The notes under the pieces are model-generated. The model did not search any database. It had not been told where the DNA came from and saw only the letters and a list, made by a program, of their open reading frames with translations. A stretch of DNA of 33,830 bases from Octopus sinensis (taxonomy: Eukaryota). The stretch is from NCBI RefSeq assembly GCF_006345805.1, contig NW_021832115.1, forward strand, positions 1 through 33,830. Direction: 5' to 3'. Position 1 is the stretch's first letter, and each line of letters opens with the position of its first letter. The position numbers were made by a program, and so were the translations under genes. This document shows positions 22,256-31,242 of this stretch, in pieces.

Positions 22256-22804
22256 CGTGTTTCGTCCCAACTCAATTAAGACAAGCCTTGCCTTTCACCG
22301 TCTCCTCTCTCTCTCCCTCCTTCCCACCGCCAACACACAGAAACCTTTATTTCCCGCCACAAAAACACCATTTCTTCCGGTCTGGTCTATCAAGTTGGCT
22401 TTCTCCCCCCCCCCCCTTTCTATCTTTACAAGCAAACTAGGATACCCTCCCCCCCTCTAACATAACTATCGTTCTCTTCAACGTTGCAGTGGTGGTAGGG
22501 ACGGCGGAGATATATATATATGATAATGGTATGAAATCCTGGTACCGACGACACAGCACAAAAAAAAAAACCTCCATACCACAAAATCTCCTCCCGCGAC
22601 CCCCACACAAGAAGGACGGCGGTGTTGGCGACAAAAGGAATGTTGCATTGAGAGAGGAGGGGGGAAAAAAGAATAGTAGCAGTAATGATACAACTACTAC
22701 TACCACCACCACCACATTCAGCAGATACTAGCTGTATTACTACTGCTACTACTATTACTACTACTACCATTAGTGGTGAATGGTAGCAGTGATAATAACT
22801 GGGT

Positions 22805-22850
22805 GTTGGCGGGCAAGAAGACAGATTTAGCGCCATATGACGTCATCGGC
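22805..22850. promoter_or_regulatory. Intronic CRE/ATF palindrome with YY1-like core and GC box
   Basis: ATGACGTCAT 22837-22846, CGCCAT 22831-22836, GGCGGGC 22808-22814. Confidence 0.5.
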
Positions 22851-23172
22851 CTTCTCACTCGCCGCAATTAGCACGAACGAGAGAGAGAGAGAGGGCGAAG
22901 GGGAAAAAATTTAAACCGGTAACAAGAATTTTATCATTACCAAGTACCCCAATTAACGGTCAAAGTTCAAAAGGAAAGCGAGAAAGAGAGAGAGAGAGAT
23001 AGAGAGGAGACTAAGGGCTGAATGTATAACGACCAGTATGTTTGAATTCGGAGGGGGGAGTCGTGCCGAGTGTGCCCCTTCCCTCGACACATGTTACATA
23101 GATATGCATGGGAACTTGAAGGATTGGCCGGCGCTAGATACATAAAGCATGTGTCTACTTGAAACACACACA

Positions 23173-23218
<46 letters not shown>

Positions 23219-23848
23219 CATACACATTATGGTACCAGAGTGAAAGAATTAATTTGAATCTTAACCCGAATTAACGACAAAAAAGTGTGGTCGCCCCCCC
23301 GGTCTGTCAGAAACAGTAGCAAGCACACACCCATATAACCTATATGAAGTCTAAATAAGGAAGGACCAGACCGCGTTAGGAAATAGGAGACCCAGATATA
23401 TATAATAAACCTTCAGAAAAGAATTAAACCCAAATCCTTTTTCGAGGACAAATCATTTGTAGAATACAAAAAAAAAAGGGAGCAAAAAAAATAAAATAAT
23501 AAAAAGACAGCCAATTACGGAAACTAGCGTTAATTAGCAGCTGTTACTCTAATTAAAAGAAATAAAAAGTTGTAATAAATTAAGTGTTTTAATTAAAGCC
23601 GGGCAACAAAAAAGGCTTCTGCATTCTTCGGCATTTTCTGCCAGATGAGTTGTTTAAAATATGCATTTTTTTTTGTCACGCCGCTAAAATACAATATAAT
23701 TATAGTCGAGACCCCAGCCCCTGACATGCACATATATGAGAGGGTAATTAAGTCCCTAACTTCGATTCAATAAATTACAAGTTTTAAGAAATTTAAATAA
23801 ATCATTACCGAAGAAAAATACACATGTTCAAGAGATATGTAGGCATAC

Positions 23849-23940
23849 CTACAGATTAGTGCCCCACGATAGTTTCTTCGTAAATACATGTTCTTTAGTG
23901 AAATTTTGCAGAGATATTGATTGGGATGGATACATTATAA
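23849..23940 (-). other. Candidate 92-nt poison cassette exon in intron 1
   Basis: TTTAAC branch point, long pyrimidine tract and TTTTGTCAG acceptor; TAG|GTATGC donor; in phase 1 the last three exon bases are TAG. Confidence 0.4.
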
Positions 23941-24215
23941 CTGACAAAATCGAAAACAAGTTAAACGAAGAAAACCAAGTCAAGGATGAAGACAACACCA
24001 GTTTAAAAGCCCCTTTTAGAGAATTATTCCCCTCCCCATGTTCAACCAACATAATCGTTACCTACATTCTCGATAGCGTCAGCTCTGCAAAATCTTTCAC
24101 AAATACACATTTTCAAAAAGTTGTGAGGAATGCCAATCACTGAGGCACTAAAGTGGAGCTATGCCGGTTATTTGTAGTGAAATTTGTAATGCAAGCAAAT
24201 CATGTCGAAGCTTAC

Positions 24216-24951
24216 CTTTTCTTTTCTTTATCATTTTAGGGGATATTAACCTTTCCTTTTCGTTAACCTTTTTGCTTTTCACATTAGCAGTCTTTCGGGG
24301 CCGACCCGGTTTGCCCTTGCGTTTTCTGTTACGAACGGCCTTTTTGGAAACGGAGGCGGTTTGTCGTTGCCGACGTCGACCGCCGGCAGCACCGGCGCCG
24401 CTTTGCTTCTCCTCAGTTTGATGATAAGGGTGGTCCTCGACTACATTCCGGGACACGGCGGGACTTGAACACACATTCACTTCGCCATCGTCATCATCAT
24501 CATCATCATCCTCATCATCTCCTTGTATCTCTGCATCCATGGCCTCGACGTGACCATAACTATTAGCGACCACGAACGAAGCAAAGTTCATCGATTCTTC
24601 GTCGTGGCTAAACCTCGATGGAGACATCGAAGGCGAACCCGACGATTTGGGCGATGAGAAAGGGCTCGTACGAGGGGACCACAATTCGTCCTGGCTCAAC
24701 AGCTCAGGGCATTTAGAAGGAAAGTTGTCATCCGGCACCGTGTCTTCACACGTAATCCTATTCTTTCCCCAATCGGGGATCTCGATTTCTGGCCATTCGG
24801 CCGGCTTCCACATAAATTTCGGCAGGTTTTCTTCCGACCAAATGATGGGATCTTGGGATAAGATACTGATCGGATCATAGCAGTACAAGTAATCGTCAGT
24901 GTTGGTTATTTTACAGGGAGACAGTTCGAACACGTCTTTGATTAATTCCAT
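24216..24951 (-). CDS. Myc-like bHLH-ZIP transcription factor, coding exon 1
   Basis: ACCATGG start; 245 codons plus 1 nt, then G|GTAAGC donor whose phase matches exon 2 (..IKKRK-A-RQTG..). Contains LLSQDELWS (Myc box II-like), acidic run plus EVNV (box IIIb-like), EDHPY (box IV/HCF-1 motif) and a basic NLS with KPGRPRK. Confidence 0.88.
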
Positions 24952-25374
24952 GGTTTAAATAAGTAAATTGTGTGCGGGGGTATATGATAATTGTGTGTGG
25001 AGAAATTTGCGTATGGGTTCTCACAGATAAAAATGGGCTAAATACGAGGATAATACGGGTACACAGCAGAGGTAGGTAATTGTAGGGTAATTTTTTAAAA
25101 AATATTAAATTATTCGTATAATGAAATTAATAAATTAATTATCTTTTTGTCCGTGTTTGCCGGGAAAATAATGTTGAGTGCGTGTACGAATATCTATGTC
25201 TGTGTGTGAGATGTATGAATTCCAGTTTAAAATTGAAGGCACAGAATCAGGAAATATTAAAAGAGAAATATGGTAAATGGTATGGTTAATCTCCAGTTCG
25301 GTTAGAATCTTGCTTAGACCAGCGAGATAATTCACAAGACACCGTACACGGCACGTACAAGACAAACACCTGTG

Positions 25375-25432
25375 AGTGAAGAAGTCACGGCTTGCGCCAA
25401 ATGCGTTGCATTATATAGAGGGAGGCGGAGCC
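25375..25432 (-). promoter_or_regulatory. Core promoter of the Myc-like gene
   Basis: Minus strand order: GC box (CTCCGCCTCCC 25430-25420), TATATAA (25417-25411), E2F site TTTGGCGC (25401-25394), Inr-like TGACTT/TCACT (25387-25375). No ATG in the ~430-nt leader. Confidence 0.7.
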
Positions 25433-25509
25433 AAGGCAGCTGTCAATCATCTCCGTCTCCTCCCTGGCCTTTCACATTCAGTAGAAGAGGGAATCGTAAA
25501 CGTCATCAT

Positions 25510-26225
25510 CTCCTCCTCCTCTCTCTCTCTCTTTCACCCTTTCTCTTTCGATCCCTCTTACTCTCCCTCACTCTTTCTTTATATATATTTACATATTCTT
25601 TCACTCTTTCATATTTCTCTTTCTTTCTTTCTTTCTTTTTAAATTTCTTTTGTCTTTGTCTTTCGCCTTTTCTATCCCCTCTCTCTTTTTTCTTTCATTC
25701 TATCCCTTCTTTCTTTCTTTCTCTCTCCTCTTCCTTCTTTCCTTTCTTTCTTTCTTTCCTTTTTCCTTCTTTTCTTTCCTTCTTTCTCTCTTTCTTTCTT
25801 TCTTTCCTTCATACTTTCTTTCTTTCTTTTTTCCTTCCTTTCTTTCCTTCTTTCATTCTTCCTTCCTTCCTTCCTTTCTTTCTTTCTCTCTTTCTTTCTT
25901 TCTTTCCTTCATACTTTCTCTTGTTTCCTTCTATCCCCTTATTATTTCTTTCCTTCCTTCTTTCTTTCGTTCTTCCTTCCTTTCTTTCTTTCTATCCTCT
26001 CTTTCTTTTTTCCTTCCTTCTTTCTTTTTCTCTTTTGTCCTTTCTCTCTTTCTTTCTTTCTATCCCCTCTTTTTTCGTTCTTCCTTCCTTTCTTTCTTTC
26101 TATCCTCTCTTTCTTTCCTTCCTTCCTTCTTTCTTTCTCTCTTTTGTCCTTTCTCTCTTTCTTTCTTTCTATCCCCTCTTTTTTCTTTCTTTCCTTCCGT
26201 CTTTCTTTCTTTCCTTCTTTCCTTG
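25510..26225. repeat. Polypyrimidine (CT/CTTT/CCTT) microsatellite
   Basis: About 700 bp of almost pure C/T on the plus strand. Confidence 0.95.
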
Positions 26226-26287
26226 ATGCTCTATTGTCTATTCCTTAAAGTCGGTTGTGTGTGTGTGTGTGTGTGTGTGTGTTATCT

Positions 26288-26436
26288 TTTACTCCTTTCA
26301 GTCATTAGACTGTGGCCATGCTGGAGCACCGTCTGAAAGGGTTTCTTTTTAGTCAAAGAATCTGACCCCAAGACTTATTCTTTGTAAGCCAAAGTACTTA
26401 TTCTACCGGTCCCTATTGCCGAACCGCTAAGTTATA
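26288..26436 (-). mobile_element. SINE family 1, 3' fragment
   Basis: CAGTCATTAGACTGTGGCCATGCTGGAGCACCG..GCCGAACCGCTAAG. Confidence 0.8.
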
Positions 26437-26485
26437 CACATGTGTGAGTGTCTGTGCGTGTGTGTATGTGTGTGTGTGTGTGTGT

Positions 26486-26969
26486 GGCATAAGATTTGGT
26501 CATCAAATCTAAGTAGAGACTTCAAACTTGAAATCTTCAAAGCCACAGTCGAACCAATTCTACTATATGGCTCAGACACCTGGATGTTATCAAAGAAGCT
26601 TGAGAGGCGGTTGGATGGAACCTACACTCGCCTCCTTATGAGAGCTCAAAATCTCTCGTGGAAGCGTCATCCAACCAAAATGCAAATATATGGGAAACTA
26701 CCACCTGTGTCATCTCTTGTGAAAGGTAGGAGAGTCCAGTTTGCTGGACATTGTTGTAGAGCTGAAAAAGAAGTAATTTCTAGTCTTCTCCTCTGGAAAC
26801 CCTCTGCTCGCAATACCAGAGGACGCACACTCTCCTACCCTGATGTAATCTCCAGGGATACAGGCATCCAGCAACAGGACCTCCGTAATGCCATGATGGA
26901 CCGTGAAGTCTGGCGTAACATAGTAAATTCCATTGTCTCGACAACGGTCGAACAATGATGATGATGATG
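26486..26969 (+). mobile_element. 5'-truncated RTE-clade LINE, ORF2 C-terminus intact
   Basis: IFKATVEPILLYGSDTW..RRVQFAGHC.R..LLLWKP..MMDREVWR; stop TGA 26956-26958 starts the (TGA)n tail. Confidence 0.9.
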
Positions 26970-27204
26970 TGTGTGTGTGTGTGTGTGTGAAGTTTTAGCA
27001 CCAATAGAATATAATTCAAGCCATGAAGGAGTTGGCCAATATCTTCAGTGGTGGTCAGCATTACAAAATCAAATCTGCTGACAAATGGTATTATTACCAT
27101 CCTGGGGCTGTAACTGAGGGGAGAAAATGTAACGATTGTTTGGGACTTCGCAGTATGTTACAGACCAGACCATCAGAGCTAATAAAACGGGATGTTCTTT
27201 TTTT

Positions 27205-27392
27205 CTTTTACTTGTTTCAGTCATGTGACTGCGGCCATGCTGGAGCACCGCCTTTAGTCGAGCAAATCAACCCCAGGACTTATTCTTTGTAAGCCCAGAA
27301 CTTATTCATTCTATCAATATCTTTTGCTGAACTGCTAAGTTACGAGGACGTAAGTGCACCAGCATCGGTTGTCCAGCAATGTTCATGGGGGA

Positions 27393-27465
<73 letters not shown>

Positions 27466-27492
27466 ACACACACACACATACACACACACACC
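27205..27492 (-). mobile_element. SINE family 1 3' half plus (CA)n
   Basis: CAGTCATGTGACTGCGGCCATGCTGGAGCACCGCC..GGGGGACAAAC then (CA)n. Confidence 0.85.
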
Positions 27493-27897
27493 TAAAGCTC
27501 CACGAGGCTCAGCAGGGTGGGGGCCACGACCCCTGTTGTACTCTTTCGCCCCCAAATTTCTCTCACTCTTTCTTCCTGTTTCTTGTCCCCGACTTCCTAC
27601 GCAGCCGCTGAGCCTGGATGCACATTCATCCATCATCCGTCGACGCTCTCGGGTGTCGGGGGGTTGACCTGCTTACTCTTCTGCGGGTCTTACGAATAGC
27701 AAAGGACCACGTTTCGGACTACTCCCATCTTGCGAGCTCTGGGACGAAGACCGTTTGCTCAACAGCAACAGCAACAACACTATCACCAGCAATAACATCA
27801 GTAATAACAACGACAGCAGTGGCAATATCCGTAACAGAAATAGCAGCAGAGCCTTCGCCAATGATATCTATAGCAACAGTGATGATGACCATAACAA

Positions 27898-28191
27898 CAT
27901 CATCATCATCATCATTGTTCGACCGTTGTCGAGACAATGGAATTTTACCATGTTACGCCAGACTTCACGGTCCATCATGGCATTACGGAGGTCCTGTTGC
28001 TGGATGCCTGTATCCCTGGAGATTACATCAGGGTAGGAGAGTGTGCGCCCTCTGGTATTGCGAGTAGATGGCTTCCAGAGGAGAAGAGTAGAAATTACTT
28101 CTTTTTCAGCTCTACAACAATGTCCAGCAAACTGGACTCTCCTACCTTTCACAAGAGATGACACAGGTGGTAGTTTCCCATATATTTGCAT
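27898..28191 (-). mobile_element. Second copy of the same RTE LINE, shorter and inverted
   Basis: Reverse complement of about 26680-26969 with roughly 6 differences. Confidence 0.9.
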
Positions 28192-28343
28192 ATATATATA
28201 ACAACAACACCATTACCAACACCAGTAGCGAAGGCACCAACACCTCTGCCACATCTAGTGACACCAACACCCACAGCACCGGTACCAACAACAGTGGTAG
28301 CAGCAATGCCAATACTAACAATTGCAGCACTACCATCAACACC

Positions 28344-28700
28344 TGGCCACAGAGATACATCAGTTGTTCTGGTAACACTTTCAAACAATGCTTCTCCAAC
28401 CACAAATACTCCCTCAGGATATGGGGAAAGAGATACGTTACATCACTAGCCAGCCATGTGTGGCAGCTGAAAGACAATGGAATTCCATACACAACAACAT
28501 GGAGAATCCTTGAAAACCCAGGCTCCTACGGAAACGGGACCAAGCATTGTGAACTATGCATAGTGGAATGGGTGAGGATTCTAAAGGATTCCCTTGACCC
28601 GGGGAACATCCTACACTCCAGAACAGAGATCTTCTGACCGTGCTTGCATCTCAGGAAATTCTTGCCGGCCTATTGGAACCCACAAGATAACAGGGTCATT
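28344..28700 (+). mobile_element. Decayed GIY-YIG endonuclease of a Penelope-like element
   Basis: RYISCSGNTFKQCFSNHK..TSLASHVWQLKD..WRIL..CELCIVE..LHSRTEIF*PCLH fits the YIG..FK.R..NH..LS.HIW.LK..W.IL..C.LC..E..LN.R.E...C.H pattern, with YIG to YIS, Arg to Cys and an internal stop at 28635. Confidence 0.8.
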
Positions 28701-28859
28701 TGCATCGATAGCCAAAGGGAGATAATCTCCTGTTGTTGGCATTGAGTAGTGAGGTCCTTTCTTCTTCCATATTCTAGAAAGGTCACTCACTAGAGAGACC
28801 TTAACCCTTTCGTTACTGTATAAGGACGGATGGATGGGTGGAGAGAATGACAAACAGAT

Positions 28860-29186
28860 AAAGCATGTATGAGAGAGAGAGAGAGAGAGGGTGAAAGAGA
28901 AAGAGGAAGAGAAATACAGTGATAGACAGACAGACTGACTGACAGAGTCACGAGATATAAAGACAGAGTAGCAGGGGTAGAGAGAGAGAGAGAAAGACAG
29001 AGACAAACAGACAAATCATACACAAGAGAAAGAGAAAGAGACAGAATGACAGATAGACAAAGCACACATGAGAGAAAGAGAGAGAGAGAGAGAAAGAAAG
29101 AGAGAGAGACAGACAAATAGACAGACAGATAGACAGACAGACAGACAAATAGACAGACAGACAGACAGACAGATAGACAGACAGAC

Positions 29187-29245
<59 letters not shown>

Positions 29246-29326
29246 TAGACAGACAGACAGACAGACAGATAGACAGACAGACAGATAGACAGACAGACAG
29301 ACAGATAGACAGACAGACAGACAGAC

Positions 29327-29361
<35 letters not shown>

Positions 29362-29422
29362 TAGACAGACAGATAGACAGACAGACAGACAGACATACAG
29401 ACAGATAGACAGACAGACAGAC

Positions 29423-29459
<37 letters not shown>

Positions 29460-29640
29460 TACAGACAGATAGACAGACAGACAGACAGACAGATAGAGAG
29501 ACAGACAGACAGACAGACAGATAGACACAGACAGACAGACAGACAGACAGATAGACAGACAGACTGACAGATAGATAGACAGACAGATAGACAGATAGAC
29601 AGATAGACAGACAGACTGACAGACAGACAGACAGACAGAC

Positions 29641-29671
<31 letters not shown>

Positions 29672-29688
29672 TAGACAAACAGACAGAC

Positions 29689-29747
<59 letters not shown>

Positions 29748-29820
29748 TAAACAGACAGACAGACAGACAGACAGACAGATAGACAGACAGACTGACAGAT
29801 AGACAGACAGACAGACAGAC

Positions 29821-29851
<31 letters not shown>

Positions 29852-30080
29852 TAGACAGACAGACAGACAGAACAGATAGACAGACAGACTGACAGATAGA
29901 CAGACAGACAAGACAGAGTGACAAAGCATACATGAGAGGAATAGAGAAAGAGAGAGTGAGAGAAAGAGAAAAAGACAGATAGACAGGCAAAGCATACATG
30001 TGACGAAAGAGAGAGGGAAAAGGAGAAAGAGAGAAGGAAAGAGAGAGAAAAAGAGAGAGAGACTGACAGACAGATACATA
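28860..30080. repeat. Long (GACA)n/(GATA) microsatellite with GA-rich flanks
   Basis: Core about 29105-29905; explains the 327-451 aa SVCL pseudo-ORFs. Confidence 0.97.
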
Positions 30081-30114
30081 AATGTATATACAAGTGTGTG
30101 CGTGTGTATGTCAT

Positions 30115-30410
30115 GTTTGTCCACCACCACCACCACCACCACCACTTGACAACAGGTGTTGGTTTGTTTACATCCTCCGTATGTACGAACCTTGAAGAAA
30201 TAGGTACCGAGGTTGATTTGTTTGAGTAGACCCGGTTAAGGTGTTGCCCCAGCAAGGCCGCCGTTCAATGACTGAAACAAATGGAAAACACATTCAAGAC
30301 GGAAGTTGTGGCTTCAGGTGCCGCCCTGTGCCGCGTGGCACAGGGCAAACACCTTCGGATACAGCTTGAGGGAGGTTGGATGACGGAAACTGAAAGAAGC
30401 CCGTTGAATG
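30115..30410 (+). mobile_element. Degenerate SINE family 1 fragments
   Basis: GCCCCAGCAAGGCCG..AATGACTGAAACAA tail and GACGGAAACTGAAAGAAGCCCG body motif. Confidence 0.65.
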
Positions 30411-30742
30411 TGTGTGTACGCGGGTGTAGGCGCGTGTGTATGAGTGTGTATGAATGTACGCGGGTGTATGTGTGTGTGTGTGTGTGTACGCAGTGTATGC
30501 GCGTGTGTGTGTGTACGCGTGTGTATGCGCGCGCGTGTGTGTGTGTACGCGGGTGTAGGCGCGTGTGTGTGTACGCGGGTGTATGCGTGTATGTGTGTGT
30601 GCACTCGCGCGTGGGTTCATGTATGTGTGTATGAGCGTGCGTATATGTGTGTATGCATATATATGTGTGCGTGCGTATGCAAGCATGCGTATGTGTATGT
30701 ATGTGGACATATAAATGTGTGTATGCGTGTGTGTGTGTGTGT
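30410..30742. repeat. Alternating purine-pyrimidine (GT/CG/AT) compound microsatellite
   Basis: GTGTGTACGCGGGTGT and GTATGCGCGCGCGTGT units. Confidence 0.9.
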
Positions 30743-31242
30743 ATTTTTCCTTGACTTCATACCGCCTGATATTCTTTTAAAATAAAAGAATGATATTTCG
30801 AGCGCACTTCTAAGTAAAAAAAAAGTGCTTAAAAATTTATGCTATCGATCCAGAAATCATAAAAAACAAATTTGACCTGGGCGTGATTTGAACTCGGAAA
30901 TCAGTCGGAACAACCGTCTCGTCAACCACCGTCAACCATATATTTTTTAAAATACGTAACAAGGGAAATAACTTTGAAAGCAAGAGAACTTAAGTCATAC
31001 GTGATTTATCTCCCTTGTTCTCCGACTGTTTTTCCATACAGTTTGCCCTTTGCATGACATCAGTTTTCATTTCTTTATCGTGCTTCTTCTTCACTTTCTG
31101 TGTTATTGGCCAAATGAAAGACGGATTATCTTACGGCATATGGACGCTAATCCTTTGCCTATGGTATATTCTGATGGCTTGCAGGGCAAAGGAAACCAGA
31201 ATACAACGAAAACTCTCAGATTTCTCAATTCTTTCTTTACTA

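Noticed and set aside
23859-24143. 94-aa plus-strand ORF
   Set aside because: No recognisable motif or promoter; its A-rich part mirrors the minus-strand pyrimidine tract.
15700-25400. Endogenous virus carrying a captured myc
   Set aside because: The gene has spliceosomal introns containing host SINEs and a normal promoter; no viral genes or LTRs.
25372-26336. ORFs of 228-284 aa rich in F/L/S
   Set aside because: Translations of the CT-rich tract.
27700-27750. Similarity to exon 2 (GACCACGTTT, SSGTK) and a possible third hammerhead (ACGTTTCGGACT)
   Set aside because: Matches of 10-12 nt are expected by chance in 34 kb; no extended homology, and stem II and the core are broken.
28801-28816. 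TTAACCCTTTCGTTAC as a piggyBac MITE left end
   Set aside because: No convincing matching right end in the window.
28790-30255. ORFs of 327-451 aa
   Set aside because: Translations of the (GACA)n repeat, which has no stop codons on that strand.
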